From positions 41,866 to 105,865 of the forward strand of contig CAZXOY010000002.1 of NCBI GenBank assembly GCA_964642655.1: 64,000 nucleotides of DNA, in the 5' to 3' direction. The position numbers and the translations under genes were made by a program. Shown in pieces: positions 9,406 to 23,326 of the stretch. Every line of letters begins with the position of its first letter. Within the stretch, counting starts at the first letter, position 1. The stretch is from an uncultured bacterium. GTDB lineage: Bacteria; Deinococcota; Deinococci; Deinococcales; Marinithermaceae. A model generated the notes under the pieces. That model searched no databases, was not told where the DNA came from, and saw only the letters and a list, made by a program, of their open reading frames with translations.

Positions 9406-10539
9406 ATGCCTTCGCACACCGATCTGAGTGCCCTCTACAGCGCCCTAGGCGAGGAAGGGCTCAAAAAAGCCCGCTGGCAGGAACACATGCGGGCGCTTTC
9501 CCGGCTCTTCGGGCTCATCTTTACCCTGCTTTGGGCTTGGATTTGGCTGGCATCCGGGGCCTCGGTCGGGCTCGGCCAGCAGCTCGGCGACAACGTCTGG
9601 GCCTTCGCCCTCATCTACCTGCTGCTCTTCCAGGTCTTCACCCTGCCCCTCGACCTCGTCTTTGACCATTTCCTGGAGGTCCGGCTGGGTACGACCCGAC
9701 AGGGGTTTTGGGGCTGGCTGTGGGACTGGTTCAAAGGCGCGTTGATCAACACCGCCGTCTTTTCGCTGTTTTTCGGCCTCGCCTACACCGCCTTCAGACT
9801 CTGGCCCCGGGCCTGGCTGCTCGGGGCCCTGGGCAGCGTCGCGGTTTTGCTGGTTTTGATCTATCTACTGCAGTACGTCCTGCTACGAAGCCAGTTCAAG
9901 ACCGAGCCCCTCGAGGACCGAGAACTCGACGCGCGCCTCAAACGCCTCTTCGCCAAAGCGGGCTTCGCCTATGGGGGGGTGGAGGTGGTCCGGGCCGGGG
10001 AAAAGACCAGCCGGGGCAATGCGGCGCTGGTGCCGAAGGGCGGCGCCCTCAAGGTGGTGCTCTTCGACAATCTCCTCGAGGCCCTCTCCCCCGAGGGCAT
10101 CGAAGTCGTCGTGGCCCACGAGCTCGGCCACCGGGCGCACAGGGACATCCTCTGGCTGCTCGGGTTCTACGGCCTCCTGTTCCTCTCCGGACTCGCCCTC
10201 GCGCACAGTGCGGCGGCCTGGGTCGCAAGCAGCCTCGGGGTCGGCCCCAGCGACGCCGCAACCCTCCCCGTCTTCCACGCCACCCTCATCCTCTGGCTCC
10301 TCATCACCGAGATCGCGGCCAACGCCTTTTCGCGACAACGCGAATTCCTCGCCGATCGCTACGCGATCGCCCTCACCCAAAACCTTCCCGCGTTCGAGGA
10401 GACCTTCATCACCCTGGCCCGGCAAAACTTCGCCGACCCCGAGCCCCCAGCCTGGATCGAGTGGCTTTTTCACAACCACCCCTCGATCGCCAAACGAATC
10501 GCCGCCGCCAAAGAGGCGATGGCCGGGCTCAAGGTCTAA
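9406..10539 (+). CDS. M48-family (Ste24/HtpX-like) membrane zinc metalloprotease
   Basis: Multi-TM N-terminus, [10 protein letters not shown] zinc motif, C-terminal NHPSIAKRI; follows the S9 peptidase gene after 9 nt. Confidence 0.8.
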   Translation: MPSHTDLSALYSALGEEGLKKARWQEHMRALSRLFGLIFTLLWAWIWLASGASVGLGQQLGDNVWAFALIYLLLFQVFTLPLDLVFDHFLEVRLGTTRQGFWGWLWDWFKGALINTAVFSLFFGLAYTAFRLWPRAWLLGALGSVAVLLVLIYLLQYVLLRSQFKTEPLEDRELDARLKRLFAKAGFAYGGVEVVRAGEKTSRGNAALVPKGGALKVVLFDNLLEALSPEGIEVVVAHELGHRAHRDILWLLGFYGLLFLSGLALAHSAAAWVASSLGVGPSDAATLPVFHATLILWLLITEIAANAFSRQREFLADRYAIALTQNLPAFEETFITLARQNFADPEPPAWIEWLFHNHPSIAKRIAAAKEAMAGLKV

Positions 10540-10542
10540 AAC

Positions 10543-10569
10543 GCGCCCCGGGGCCAGGCCCCGGGGCGC
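10543..10569. terminator. Bidirectional hairpin between convergent M48 peptidase and sucD
   Basis: GCGCCCCGGGG-ccagg-CCCCGGGGCGC. Confidence 0.5.
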
Positions 10570-10581
10570 CCATCATTTCGC

Positions 10582-11448
10582 TCAGGAGAGCGCCTTTTTC
10601 ACCAGCTCGACGATCTCGTCAATGGTATCGGCGATGGGCACGCCGGCGTCCTCGAAGGCCTTGACCTTCGACTCTGGCGTTCCCACGTCGCCCATGATAA
10701 TGGCCCCGGCGTGGCCCATGCGCTTGCCCTTGGGCGCGCTCTTCCCCGAAATGAAGGCCACCACCGGCTTCTTCATGTTCGCCTTGATCCACTCGGCAGC
10801 TTCCTCTTCATCGGATCCACCGATCTCGCCAATCACCACCACCGCCTCGGTCTCGGGATCATCGTTGAAAATGGGCAGGAGGTCCTTGAAGGTGGTGCCG
10901 ATGATGGGGTCACCACCGATTCCGACGGTGGTGGTGGTCCCAAGGCCCGCCGCCGAGAGCGCCGCCGCCGCTTCGTAGGTCAGGGTCCCCGAGCGGCTGA
11001 TGATCCCCACCCGGCCCCGCTTGAAGACGTGGCCGGGCATGATGCCGATCTTGGTCTCGCCGGCCGAGATCAACCCCGGGCAGTTCCCACCGATCAGGCG
11101 CACGCCGAGCGCCTTGATCTCCTTGACCGCGGCCACCATGTCGAGGGTGGGGATCCCCTCGGTGATCAACACCACGAGCCCCACCCCGGCGTGGGCGGCC
11201 TCGAGAGCCGCATCGGCCGCCGCCGCAGCCGGAACGAAGATAATCGAGGCGTCGACTTCGTGGTGCGCAAGCGCCTCCTTGACCGAGTCGTACACCGGAA
11301 TGCCGTGGACCTCCTGACCGCCCTTGCCAGGGGTCACCCCGGCGACGATGTTGGTGCCGTAGTCGAGCATCTGACGCGCGTGGAACGAACCCTCGCGCCC
11401 GGTGATCCCCTGGACCAGCACACGGGTGTTCTTGTCGACCAAGATCAT
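10582..11448 (-). CDS. sucD: Succinyl-CoA synthetase alpha subunit
   Basis: [20 protein letters not shown]..., CoA-binding and ligase-CoA domains; 4-nt overlap with sucC. Confidence 0.95.
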   Translation of the reverse strand: MILVDKNTRVLVQGITGREGSFHARQMLDYGTNIVAGVTPGKGGQEVHGIPVYDSVKEALAHHEVDASIIFVPAAAAADAALEAAHAGVGLVVLITEGIPTLDMVAAVKEIKALGVRLIGGNCPGLISAGETKIGIMPGHVFKRGRVGIISRSGTLTYEAAAALSAAGLGTTTTVGIGGDPIIGTTFKDLLPIFNDDPETEAVVVIGEIGGSDEEEAAEWIKANMKKPVVAFISGKSAPKGKRMGHAGAIIMGDVGTPESKVKAFEDAGVPIADTIDEIVELVKKALS

Positions 11449-12581
11449 GCTTCACCCTCCACCATGGTGACGATCGCCCGCGCCGCTTCGACCGACGTCG
11501 GGTACATGTACACCGGCTTGCCCTCGAGGAGCTTCTTCGCCTCTTCTTCCGCCGTACCGGCGACGCGCATAACCACCGGCACCTTCACCACGCCGTCCTC
11601 GAGGGCGCGGATCACGCCCTTGGCCACCTCGTCAGCGCGAGTGATCCCGCCGAAGATGTTGATGAAGATCCCCTTCACGTCGGGGTCTTTGGAGACCAGC
11701 TTGATGGCGTTGTAGACCACGTCGGCCTTGGCCCCGCCCCCGATATCGAGGAAGTTCGCCGGCTTGCCCCCCACCCGGTTGACCAGGTCCAGGGTGTACA
11801 TCACCAGTCCGGCACCGTTGCCGATGATGCCCACCTGACCGCTGAGCTTAACGTAGGCGAAACCGTAGTTCGAGGCCTCGACCTCGAGGGGATGCTCGGC
11901 CTCAACCTCCCGCAGCTCGGTGAGGTCGGGGTGGCGGTAAAGGGCGTTGTCGTCGAGGTCGATCTTGGCGTCCACGGCGATGATCTGGCCCGCCTTGGTC
12001 ACCACCAGGGGGTTGATCTCGGCCAGCGAAGCATCCACGCCGACGAAGGCCTTATAGAGCTTGACCAGCACGTCGGCGAGACGGTTGATGTTGCCCTCGA
12101 GCCCGGCCTTGAGGATGACCTCGCGCGCCTCGAAGGCCCGGAGCCCTTTATCGGGGTCCACGGCGAACTTGACGATCGCCTCGGGGTTTTGGCGGGCCAC
12201 CTCCTCGATGTCCACGCCGCCCTCGCGGCTGACCATCATCACCACCCGCTGACTGGCGCGATCGATGATGAACCCCGCGTAATACTCCTTATCAATCTCA
12301 ACCGCCTCGGCCACCAATACCTTCTTGACGGTGAGCCCCTTGATGTTCATGCCCAGGATCTGGGTCGCAGTCTCGAAGGCCTGGTTGGGGTCCTGGGCGA
12401 TCTTCACGCCACCCGCCTTACCCCGGCCCCCGACGTGCACCTGGGCCTTGATCACAACCGGTTTCCCGATTTCCAGGGCGATGCCCTTGACCTCCTCCGG
12501 CGTAAACGCGACCTTGCCGGGGGGCACGGGAATCGCATAGCTCGCCAGAATTTCCTTTGCCTGGTATTCGTGAAGTTTCAA
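11445..12581 (-). CDS. sucC: Succinyl-CoA synthetase beta subunit
   Basis: [15 protein letters not shown]-grasp N-terminus; TTG start with GGAGGTGG SD. Confidence 0.95.
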   Translation of the reverse strand: MKLHEYQAKEILASYAIPVPPGKVAFTPEEVKGIALEIGKPVVIKAQVHVGGRGKAGGVKIAQDPNQAFETATQILGMNIKGLTVKKVLVAEAVEIDKEYYAGFIIDRASQRVVMMVSREGGVDIEEVARQNPEAIVKFAVDPDKGLRAFEAREVILKAGLEGNINRLADVLVKLYKAFVGVDASLAEINPLVVTKAGQIIAVDAKIDLDDNALYRHPDLTELREVEAEHPLEVEASNYGFAYVKLSGQVGIIGNGAGLVMYTLDLVNRVGGKPANFLDIGGGAKADVVYNAIKLVSKDPDVKGIFINIFGGITRADEVAKGVIRALEDGVVKVPVVMRVAGTAEEEAKKLLEGKPVYMYPTSVEAARAIVTMVEGEA

Positions 12582-12640
12582 CGCCCACCTCCAGTCAACA
12601 ACATTCCAACCGTGGGCGATTATAACGCGCCCGGGGCGCC

Positions 12641-13567
12641 TCAGGCGCCGAGCCTGGCAAAGACCATCCTGCCCTCGGGCTTTTGCACCACCCTGACCAC
12701 GGTGGCCGAAACCCAGCTGCCCTTCATCTCCGCCGCACCTTCGACGACGACCAGAGTACCGTCGTCGAGGTACCCGATTCCCTGGCCCGGCTCCCGCCCC
12801 TGGCGTCGGATACGCACCCGCAGGCTCTGACCGGGCAGAAACCGGGGCAAGAGCGCGGCGGCCAGCGCATTGACGTTCAAAACCCTGAGGCCGTAGGCCC
12901 TGGCCCTCGCCCCCAGGGCGTTGTCGTTGGTCACGATTCCCAGCCCCTGGCTGCGGGCAAAGCTCAGGATCCGATCATCCACGGCCCCGTCTCCGCTCTC
13001 GTCCAGGACCAGCAGGCCAAAAGGCCCGAGCGTGTCGATCGTCGAAAAACCCCGCCGGCCCCTGGCCCGCACGGCGGGGTCGGAGCTGTCGGCGAGCGTT
13101 TGCAACTCCTCTAAAACGAAGCCGGGGACGATCAGCGGCCCTTGGAGGAACCCAAGACGGACGATCTCGACCAAACGGCCATCCACCAGCACCGAGGTGT
13201 CGAGCAAAAGCCCGCCCTCCGGCCGGGGCCGCTGTTCGCCCAGCCGCCGAAAACATACGGCCCCCACGGCCAGCGCACCGAGCGCCAGGGTCAACCAGGC
13301 GGCCCACCCGGAAAGGGGAAACCACCACAGCACGAGCCCGATCAGGGCGAAAACGGCGAAGGCCGAAAGCCCCGCCCGGGCCACCGCCCGCGCCTCGAGG
13401 GCCTCAAGACGCGCCGCCAAAGCCCTAAGGGTGGGCGAGAGTCCGAGCAAGAGCGACGCCCCTGCCAGTACAGCCGCGACCCGAAGTGGGGGCGTTGCCC
13501 CAACGCCCCCGGCCAGAAGATACGCCAGCAAAGCGCCGGCCAGCGACCACCACACCACGGCACTCAC
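12641..13567 (-). CDS. Membrane-anchored PIN + TRAM domain protein (YacL-like)
   Basis: N-terminal TM helices, PIN-like core (DTSVLVDGR...), C-terminal TRAM-like beta domain ([32 protein letters not shown]); sits downstream of radA as yacL does in Bacillus. Confidence 0.75.
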   Translation of the reverse strand: MSAVVWWSLAGALLAYLLAGGVGATPPLRVAAVLAGASLLLGLSPTLRALAARLEALEARAVARAGLSAFAVFALIGLVLWWFPLSGWAAWLTLALGALAVGAVCFRRLGEQRPRPEGGLLLDTSVLVDGRLVEIVRLGFLQGPLIVPGFVLEELQTLADSSDPAVRARGRRGFSTIDTLGPFGLLVLDESGDGAVDDRILSFARSQGLGIVTNDNALGARARAYGLRVLNVNALAAALLPRFLPGQSLRVRIRRQGREPGQGIGYLDDGTLVVVEGAAEMKGSWVSATVVRVVQKPEGRMVFARLGA

Positions 13568-14850
13568 CCCGCATCAAAGGCCTGGCGCACCGCGTCCTCG
13601 ACCCCGCGAAGCCCAAGCGGCGAGAGCACCCGGGAAAACCCCGCCCGCTCGGCCTCGGCGAGCCGACGCTCGAGGCCCACCACGCTGCGCAGCTCCCCCG
13701 CGAGCCCGACCTCCCCGACCACGGCGAGGTCCTCGGGAACCGGGCGCCCGACCACAGCCGAATAGACCGCGAGGACCACGGCGAGGTCAAGGCCAGGATC
13801 CACCACCCGGATGCCCCCAGCCAGGTTCACGTAGACGTCCAGATGACCGAGCCGCAAGCCAAGCCGGCGCTCGACCACCGCCAGGGCCACGTCCACCCGC
13901 CGCTGATCGAGCCCCTGCACCACGCGTTTGGGGGCGGCGTACGGACTTTTGGCCGCCAGGGCCTGGACCTCGAGGGCCAAGGGGCGTTCGCCGGTCACCG
14001 CCAGCCCCACCACGCTCCCCGGCACACCCACGGGACGCTCGGAAAGAAACGCTTCCGAGGGGTTGGTGACCTCGACAAGCCCTCGATCCTCCATGCGAAA
14101 GACCCCCACCTCCCCGACCGGGCCAAAACGGTTTTTCTGCCCCCTGAGCACGCGGAAAAGGCCCGCCGTCTCGAGGTAAAAGGTGGCGTCGACCACGTGC
14201 TCGATGGTCTTGGGCCCGGCCACCGTACCCTCCTTGGTGACGTGGCCTACGAGCACCGCGACCGCGCCGGTGCGCTTGGCCGCCTGGGTCAACGCCTGGG
14301 TCGCGGTGCGGACCGAGACCAGCGAACCGGGAACGCCCCCGGCCTCAATGCTCTGGATCGAATCCACGAACACGAGCCCCGGCCGGAGTTCGTCGATCAG
14401 AGCCAGCAAAGCATCGAGTTCGGTCTCCCGGACCAAAAGGAGCCGGTCCGAAACCCCAAGGCGCGCCGCGCGCAAGCGGATCTGCGCCGGCGACTCCTCG
14501 CCGGCGACATAGAGCACTTCCAACCCCGAGGCCATCAAGCGGTCGGCGAGCTGCAACAGCAGGGTGCTCTTGCCGACCCCGGGCTCGCCACCCAGGATCA
14601 GCGATTCTCCGGCGACAAACCCCCCGCCGAGAACCCGGTCCACCTCAACAAAACCGCTGGGGATGCGCCGTTCCTCCTGGCCCGACACCTCCCCCAGGCG
14701 GATCGCCTTGGCCCGATGAGCACTCTTCGCGGGGGTTTTTTCCGCCTGCTCTTCAGCAAAGGAACCCCAGGCCCCGCAGCCGGGGCAGCGTCCGAGGGGT
14801 TTGGCCGCCCGGTAACCGCACTCGATGCAACGATAACGGGGCCGCGCCAT
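13564..14850 (-). CDS. radA: DNA repair protein RadA/Sms
   Basis: N-terminal C4 zinc finger (CIECGY...CPGCGAW), RecA-like Walker A GEPGVGKST, Lon-like C-terminal domain. Confidence 0.95.
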   Translation of the reverse strand: MARPRYRCIECGYRAAKPLGRCPGCGAWGSFAEEQAEKTPAKSAHRAKAIRLGEVSGQEERRIPSGFVEVDRVLGGGFVAGESLILGGEPGVGKSTLLLQLADRLMASGLEVLYVAGEESPAQIRLRAARLGVSDRLLLVRETELDALLALIDELRPGLVFVDSIQSIEAGGVPGSLVSVRTATQALTQAAKRTGAVAVLVGHVTKEGTVAGPKTIEHVVDATFYLETAGLFRVLRGQKNRFGPVGEVGVFRMEDRGLVEVTNPSEAFLSERPVGVPGSVVGLAVTGERPLALEVQALAAKSPYAAPKRVVQGLDQRRVDVALAVVERRLGLRLGHLDVYVNLAGGIRVVDPGLDLAVVLAVYSAVVGRPVPEDLAVVGEVGLAGELRSVVGLERRLAEAERAGFSRVLSPLGLRGVEDAVRQAFDAG

Positions 14851-14922
14851 GGCTAGCCGCGGCCCCCAAAGGCTTCCGTCGCCGTCGATCGAAGGATCAA
14901 GGGCACCCCCAGCACGCGGCGC

Positions 14923-17136
<2,214 letters not shown>

Positions 17137-17246
17137 AACCCCTTTCGTAGCATGAAAACGACCGTCCTCGCCTTAAAGCTATGATATAGTATCTGCGCTT
17201 TCACGGAGGGCGACTGAGCCTCCGCTCACCAATAAAAGGGGGAGCC

Positions 17247-18113
17247 ATGCGTTTCCAAAACCTGGTGTTGAATCTCCACGACTTCTGGGATCGTCAGGGC
17301 TGCGTGATCACCGAGCCCTACGACATCGAGGTCGGCGCGGGCACCTTCTACCCCGCCACCTTTTTCGGCGCCCTCGGCCCCAGGCCCTGGCGCGTGGCCT
17401 ACGTCGCCCCCTCGCGACGACCCCAGGACGGCCGCTACGGGGAAAACCCCTACCGCTTTCAGTACTACTGGCAGTACCAGGTCATCCTGAAGCCCTCGCC
17501 GAGCGACGTCCAGGAGCTGTATCTGGAAAGCCTCAAGGCCCTGGGCATCGATCCGAAAGTCCACGACATCCGCTTCGTCGAGGACAACTGGGAATCCCCC
17601 ACCCTGGGTGCATGGGGGCTCGGCTGGGAAGTCTGGCTCGACGGCATGGAGATCACCCAGTTCACTTACTTCCAGCAGGTGGGCGGTGTTGACGTCAACC
17701 CGGTGAGCGTGGAGATCACCTACGGCCTCGAACGCATTGCCATGTACCTGCAAAAGAAGGTGCACGGCTTCGAGATCGAATACGCCCCCGGCGTGACGAT
17801 CGGTGACCTGCGTAGGGATTTCGAGATCGAGCACTCGATCTACAACTTCGAGGCCGCGAGCATCGAAAAGCTGCGCCGCTGGTTCGATGACTACGAGGAA
17901 GAAGCCGCCCGGCTGCTCGAGGCCAATCTGGTCTACCCCGCCTACGAGTTCGTCTTGAAGGCCTCGCACACCTTCAACCTCCTGGACGCCCGCGGCGCGC
18001 TTTCCCACGCCGAGCGCCAGGCCTACGTGCAGCGCGTACGGCGGCTTGCGGAAAGGTCGGCCCGAGCCTATCTCGAAAAGTTCGTGGAGGAACACCGTGA
18101 AGCTGCTGTTTGA
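17247..18113 (+). CDS. glyQ: Glycyl-tRNA synthetase alpha subunit
   Basis: [19 protein letters not shown]... near-universal GlyQ N-terminus; 288 aa. Confidence 0.95.
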   Translation: MRFQNLVLNLHDFWDRQGCVITEPYDIEVGAGTFYPATFFGALGPRPWRVAYVAPSRRPQDGRYGENPYRFQYYWQYQVILKPSPSDVQELYLESLKALGIDPKVHDIRFVEDNWESPTLGAWGLGWEVWLDGMEITQFTYFQQVGGVDVNPVSVEITYGLERIAMYLQKKVHGFEIEYAPGVTIGDLRRDFEIEHSIYNFEAASIEKLRRWFDDYEEEAARLLEANLVYPAYEFVLKASHTFNLLDARGALSHAERQAYVQRVRRLAERSARAYLEKFVEEHREAAV

Positions 18114-20205
18114 GATCGGCACCGAAGAGCTCCCCGCAGACTACGTCGACCAGGGTCTTAAGGCGCTCCAGGCCCTGGTCGAAGCCAAACTGAAGGAAGC
18201 CCGCCTTGACTTTGGCCAGATCGAAGGGTTTGCCACCCCCCGCCGCCTGGCCCTCCGGGTCAGCGACCTCGCCGAACGCCAGGCCCGCCTCGAGGCCGAG
18301 CGCCGCGGCCCCCCCGCCGCCGCCGCCTTCCGCGACGGCAAACCGACCAAGGCCGCCGAAGGCTTTGCCCGGAGCCTGGGCCTTCACCCCGACGATCTCT
18401 ACGTTAAGGACACCCCCAAAGGCCCCTACGTCTTCGCCCGAATCGTAGACGAAGGGCGCCCTGCCCGCGACGTCCTTCCCGAACTCTTGGCCGAGGCACT
18501 CCTGGAGCTGCCGGCCACGAAAAAGATGCGCTGGGGCAACGGCGAAGGGCCCTTCGTGAGGCCGGTCCGCTGGCTCGTGGCCTTGCTGGATGGCGAAGTG
18601 GTCCCGGTGTCGGTCTTTGGATTGGAGGCGGGCCGCACGAGCCGGGGCCACCGCATCATGGCCCCCGGGCCCCTCGAACTCGATGCCCCCGAGGGCTACG
18701 TAGACGCCCTGCGCGCGGCCAAGGTCGAGCCGAGCCAGAAGGCCCGGCAGGAACGCATCGTCTTCGAAACCCAGACCCTGGCCCTCTCGGAGGGCCTCGA
18801 GGCCATCATTCCCGAACACCTGCTGGATGAGATCACCGGACTCGTCGAATGGCCCGTCGCCATCATGGGGCGCTTCGGCGAGACCTACCTCGAACTGCCC
18901 GACGAGGTGCTGGCCACGGTCATGATCCACCACCAGCGGTTCTTCCCGGTGCGCGCTCCCGGGGGTCGGCTCACGAACCGATTCATCGGCATTGCCAACA
19001 ACGAACGCGATACCAACGCCATCCGCGAGGGTTACGAGGGCGTGCTCAAAGGGCGGCTCGACGATGCCGTCTTCTTTTGGCGGGCCGACCTGAAGCTTCC
19101 CCTCAAGGCTCACCGCGAAAAGCTCAAGGGCATGGCCTTCGCCCGAGACCTCGGCACCATGTGGGACAAAGCCGAGCGGGTGCGCCAGGCGAGCGTCCGC
19201 TTGGCGGGCAAGCTTAAGACCGATCCCCAGGTGCTGGAGCGGGCGGGCCAGCTGGTGTTCGCCGACCTCACCACCCAGATGGTCTACGAGTTCCCGGAAC
19301 TGGCGGGGACGATGGCCAAGCACTACGCCCTGAAAGCGGGCGAAGCCGAAGCCATTGCCCAAGCGCTCGAGGACGCGACCCGCCCCGAAGGGGCCCAGGA
19401 CGCCCTCCCGGTCACCACCGAGGGTGCGCTGCTCTCGGCACTCGATAAAGCCGACACCCTCATTGGCTTTTTCGCCCTCGGCAAGCGCCCAAAAGGCTCG
19501 GCCGATCCCTACGGGCTGAGACGAGCGGCCTTTGCCCTGGTCCGAATTCTGGGCGCGAAGGGCTGGCGATTACCCCTTCGGCACTTCTTCGAGGCGGCGA
19601 GCCAGGCCTACGGCGACTGGGGGCATCCTGTCCCCGAGCCCGCCGTTCGGGAAGCGGAACGCTTCACCTGGGAGCGCCTGGAAAACCTGCTGACGGCTGC
19701 CGGGCTCCCGGTGCTCGCGGTGCGGGCGGCCATGGAAGAAGGGGCCAGCGTTCGCGACGTCATGCTCAAGGCACTCATCCTGCGCACGCTGGTCTACGAC
19801 CCTCGCTTTACCGACCTCTTTCTCCTCTATAAACGCGCAGCCAACCTGGCTCGGGAGGCCCAGAGCGCGCTCGACCCCGACCCCAGCCGCTTTGCCACCG
19901 AAGAGGAAACCGCGCTCTATGAGGCCCTGCCCGCGGTCGAGACAGCGGTCATGCGGCTGCTGCTCGAAGGCGACCGAGCCATTCCCCCTTGGGATCCGGC
20001 CGCGCCCCTCCCCGAGGTGGACCTCGGCGTCTTTCGGGAAGCGCTGGAAGGCATCGCCGCCTTTAAGGCGGTCCTCGACCGATTCCTGGATAAGGTTTTG
20101 GTCATGGTCGAGGATTCGTCGGTTCGCGAAAATCGACTGGCGCTGCTCAGAAAGGTCCGAGACGCTCTGCAAAAGCTTGGGGCCCTCGAGCTCCTCGGCG
20201 GCTAA
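18097..20205 (+). CDS. glyS: Glycyl-tRNA synthetase beta subunit
   Basis: GTG start ([13 protein letters not shown]) overlapping the glyQ stop by 17 nt; GlyS domains through the C-terminus. Confidence 0.9.
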   Translation: MKLLFEIGTEELPADYVDQGLKALQALVEAKLKEARLDFGQIEGFATPRRLALRVSDLAERQARLEAERRGPPAAAAFRDGKPTKAAEGFARSLGLHPDDLYVKDTPKGPYVFARIVDEGRPARDVLPELLAEALLELPATKKMRWGNGEGPFVRPVRWLVALLDGEVVPVSVFGLEAGRTSRGHRIMAPGPLELDAPEGYVDALRAAKVEPSQKARQERIVFETQTLALSEGLEAIIPEHLLDEITGLVEWPVAIMGRFGETYLELPDEVLATVMIHHQRFFPVRAPGGRLTNRFIGIANNERDTNAIREGYEGVLKGRLDDAVFFWRADLKLPLKAHREKLKGMAFARDLGTMWDKAERVRQASVRLAGKLKTDPQVLERAGQLVFADLTTQMVYEFPELAGTMAKHYALKAGEAEAIAQALEDATRPEGAQDALPVTTEGALLSALDKADTLIGFFALGKRPKGSADPYGLRRAAFALVRILGAKGWRLPLRHFFEAASQAYGDWGHPVPEPAVREAERFTWERLENLLTAAGLPVLAVRAAMEEGASVRDVMLKALILRTLVYDPRFTDLFLLYKRAANLAREAQSALDPDPSRFATEEETALYEALPAVETAVMRLLLEGDRAIPPWDPAAPLPEVDLGVFREALEGIAAFKAVLDRFLDKVLVMVEDSSVRENRLALLRKVRDALQKLGALELLGG

Positions 20206-20208
20206 CCG

Positions 20209-20236
20209 CCCTGCCGTGGCTTTTGCCACGGCAGGG
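20209..20236 (+). terminator. Hairpin terminator after glyS
   Basis: CCCTGCCGTGGC-tttt-GCCACGGCAGGG, 12-bp perfect stem. Confidence 0.6.
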
Positions 20237-20330
20237 ACCCCGGGAAAACCTCACGCGGCCGCCTTGCTCGCAAACGCCGAGAGAGGATTGTCCGGGTGAC
20301 AAGGCGCCTGGGGCGTGCTAACGTGTCGGC

Positions 20331-21317
20331 ATGCGAGTTGCGGTTGTTGGCGCCACCGGCGCGGTGGGGCGCGAGATCCTCAAGGTTTTGGAGGCCCGGC
20401 GCTTCCCGGTCTCCGAGCTCCGGCTCTACGCGAGCCCGAAATCGGCAGGCACCGAGCTGACCTTCCACGGCGACGCGGTCACCGTCGAGGTTCTCCCCGA
20501 GGGCCCGCTGCCGGTTGATATCGTCTTGGCGAGCGCGGGAGGCAGCCTCTCCAAACGCCTCGCCCCGATCTGGGTCGAGGGCGGGGCGCTGGTCATCGAC
20601 AACTCGTCGGCCTGGCGTTATGAGCCCGAGGTTCCGCTGGTCATTCCCGAGATCAACCCGGAAGCGGCGAAAAGGCACCGGGGCATCATCGCTAACCCCA
20701 ATTGCACCACCGCGATTTTGGCCATGGCGCTGTGGCCGCTGCACCAGGCCTTCCACGCCACTCACGTGATCGTGAGCACCTACCAGGCCGCATCCGGCGC
20801 CGGAGCCGCGGGAATCGACGAGCTCCTGGCAGGAACGAGGGCCTTCCTCGAGGGCCGCCCGGCCAAGGCCCAGGTCTTCGCCCATCCCCTCGCCTTTAAC
20901 GTCATTCCCCACATTGACCGTTTCCTCGAGAATGGCTACACGCGCGAGGAAATGAAGGTGGTTTGGGAAACCCAGAAGATCTTCAGCACCCCCGGCCTCA
21001 AAATCAGCGCCACCGCAGTTCGGATCCCCACCCTCCGCGCGCACGCCGAAGCTGCCACCGTGCGCTTTGCCAAGGCCGTCGAGCCCGAGGTCGCCCGTCG
21101 GGTTCTCGCTCGTGCCCCCGGGGTGGAGCTGGTGGACGATCCCCAAAACCAGCGCTACCCCATGCCGCTCACCGCGACCGAGAAATGGGCGGTCGAGGTC
21201 GGACGGATCCGGAAAAACCTGGCCCTGGACAACGCGCTCGATTTCTTCGTCGTCGGCGACCAGCTGCTCAAGGGCGCGGCGCTCAACGCGGTCCAAATCG
21301 CCGAGCTCTTCTTGTAG
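20331..21317 (+). CDS. asd: Aspartate-semialdehyde dehydrogenase
   Basis: [13 protein letters not shown] Rossmann N-terminus, active-site Cys in IANPNCTT. Confidence 0.95.
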   Translation: MRVAVVGATGAVGREILKVLEARRFPVSELRLYASPKSAGTELTFHGDAVTVEVLPEGPLPVDIVLASAGGSLSKRLAPIWVEGGALVIDNSSAWRYEPEVPLVIPEINPEAAKRHRGIIANPNCTTAILAMALWPLHQAFHATHVIVSTYQAASGAGAAGIDELLAGTRAFLEGRPAKAQVFAHPLAFNVIPHIDRFLENGYTREEMKVVWETQKIFSTPGLKISATAVRIPTLRAHAEAATVRFAKAVEPEVARRVLARAPGVELVDDPQNQRYPMPLTATEKWAVEVGRIRKNLALDNALDFFVVGDQLLKGAALNAVQIAELFL

Positions 21318-21318
21318 C

Positions 21319-21348
21319 TATTGATAATCGTTGCCATTATAGATAAAC
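21319..21348. promoter_or_regulatory. AT-rich Fur-box-like element (GATAAT / CATTAT / AGATAA hexamers) upstream of a VIT-family transporter gene
   Basis: TATTGATAATCGTTGCCATTATAGATAAAC; about 30% GC in a 68% GC genome; ends 8 nt before the start codon. Confidence 0.35.
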
Positions 21349-21355
21349 TGGAGGC

Positions 21356-21856
<501 letters not shown>

Positions 21857-21875
21857 AGACCGAATTTCCCAGATG

Positions 21876-21904
21876 CCCCCGGCCCGAAAACGCCCGGCCG
21901 GGGG
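21876..21904 (+). terminator. Hairpin after the VIT gene
   Basis: CCCCCGGCC-N11-GGCCGGGGG. Confidence 0.5.
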
Positions 21905-21927
21905 TAAACTTGTTGTAAGGGGGTCCT

Positions 21928-22137
21928 ATGGATAGGGTCTACAAAAAGATCACCCTGGTCGGCACCAGCACCGAGAGCTTTGAAAAAGCGATCGAGAACG
22001 CGGTTGAGCGGGCGTCAGAGACGCTCCGGCATTTGGATTGGTTCGAGGTCAAGGAACTCCGCGGCCGAATCGAGGAAGGGCGGGTTTCAGAGTTCCAGGC
22101 GGTCATCGAGGTTGGCTTCCGTCTCGCCGACCACTAA
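21928..22137 (+). CDS. Dodecin (flavin-binding dodecameric protein)
   Basis: 69 aa; VYKKITLVGTS...LRHLDWFEVKELRG...EFQAVIEVGFRL closely resembles Thermus dodecin. Confidence 0.85.
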   Translation: MDRVYKKITLVGTSTESFEKAIENAVERASETLRHLDWFEVKELRGRIEEGRVSEFQAVIEVGFRLADH

Positions 22138-22141
22138 GGCC

Positions 22142-22480
22142 ATGCGGTCGCTCGTCGAACCGACCTGGTATATCCTCGAGGATCCAGAGCGCCCGGGTGA
22201 GCACATCACCCTGACCGCCGCCGGCAAGAAGTACGTTCTGGCCTGGCTCAACGAAGCCGAAGCCCGGGCGTTCCTCAAAGGGAACCCGGCGGCCCAGGGG
22301 ATGCAACCGGCGAGCCTCGAAACCCGGGAGCTCAAGCGGACCTTCCTCGAGGCGGCCAAACGTCTCGAGGCCACCCACGTGCTCTTTAGCTACCTCCCGG
22401 GAATGCACCAGGCACCGGCGGCGAGCATCGCCGCCCTGGAAGCCGCACTCCTGGAAACGCTCGAGTCGCTGACGGGCTGA
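22142..22480 (+). CDS. Hypothetical protein, translationally coupled to dodecin
   Basis: 113-aa ORF starting 5 nt after the dodecin stop and ending 3 nt before the next gene; no family recognised by eye. Confidence 0.55.
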   Translation: MRSLVEPTWYILEDPERPGEHITLTAAGKKYVLAWLNEAEARAFLKGNPAAQGMQPASLETRELKRTFLEAAKRLEATHVLFSYLPGMHQAPAASIAALEAALLETLESLTG

Positions 22481-22482
22481 CG

Positions 22483-23283
22483 GTGATCGCAAACGGGGCG
22501 CGATTCCTTCCGGTCCTGACCCTCTTGCTTGGACTCGCCCTCGGCCAGGGGCGGATCGGCCTCGAGGTCGAGGGCATTCACGCGCTCTTTTGGCACCCCG
22601 ACGGCAGGATCTTCCTCGGCCACCACCAGGGCATCGCCGTCTCCTCCGACCGCGGCCGGCGCTGGAGCGACCTTCTGCGCCAGCCCGAAGCCGAGGTCCT
22701 TACCTTCGCCTACGACGGCAATCGCATCATCGCCGCCGGGCACGGTACCTACGCCGTCATCAGCCCCCGTGGGAACGTCCGGCTCAAGGCCCTCGAGGGC
22801 CTGCCTTCGGAAAAGATCGACGCCTACGCCATCGACCCCCTTCGCCCCTGGCAGCACTACGCCTGGCTCCGGGGCCAGGGCCTCTTCTTTAGCCAGGATG
22901 CCGGGTATCGCTGGACGCGCCTGGAAACCGGAGGCCTCCCCCTCCCCGACCCGCGGGAAAAGCGCATGGCCCACGCGCTCGCCGTGGATCGAAAGGGCCA
23001 GATATTCGTCGGGGGGATGGGCTTTGGCATCTGGTGGCGACCCGAACCCGGCACCGCCTTTGCGCCCCTCGCGACCCCGGTCGCCGAGGTGACCGCGCTG
23101 GCGATCGACGCTTTGGGCCGGCTTTGGATGGGCTCGAAAAGCGGGATCAGGCTCCGCAGTAATGGCCGCTGGCGACGGCTGGCCGAGGGCGTGGTCATCG
23201 CCCTTGCGGTCCAGCCCTCGAGCCCGCCCAAAGCAGCCTGGATCGACGCATCCTGGCGGCTGCACTTCATCACACCGCCCTAG
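22483..23283 (+). CDS. Secreted BNR/Asp-box repeat protein (Ycf48/sialidase-like beta-propeller fragment)
   Basis: GTG start, signal peptide, Asp-box motifs SSDRGRRWS and SQDAGYRWT. Confidence 0.65.
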   Translation: MIANGARFLPVLTLLLGLALGQGRIGLEVEGIHALFWHPDGRIFLGHHQGIAVSSDRGRRWSDLLRQPEAEVLTFAYDGNRIIAAGHGTYAVISPRGNVRLKALEGLPSEKIDAYAIDPLRPWQHYAWLRGQGLFFSQDAGYRWTRLETGGLPLPDPREKRMAHALAVDRKGQIFVGGMGFGIWWRPEPGTAFAPLATPVAEVTALAIDALGRLWMGSKSGIRLRSNGRWRRLAEGVVIALAVQPSSPPKAAWIDASWRLHFITPP

Positions 23284-23326
23284 GTCATCTCCGGCAATCA
23301 CGGTCTTAAAAGCCCCAGGTGCGTCA

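Noticed and set aside
12921-14069. 382-aa plus-strand ORF rich in Pro/Arg/Ala
   Set aside because: It is antisense to radA and the PIN/TRAM gene, and has repetitive low-complexity composition.
17137-17246. Possible T-box or other leader RNA ahead of glyQS
   Set aside because: The gap is only 110 nt and is shared with the divergent clpC start. No specifier/T-box (AGGGUGGNACCGCG) sequence is present, and T-boxes are not expected in this lineage.
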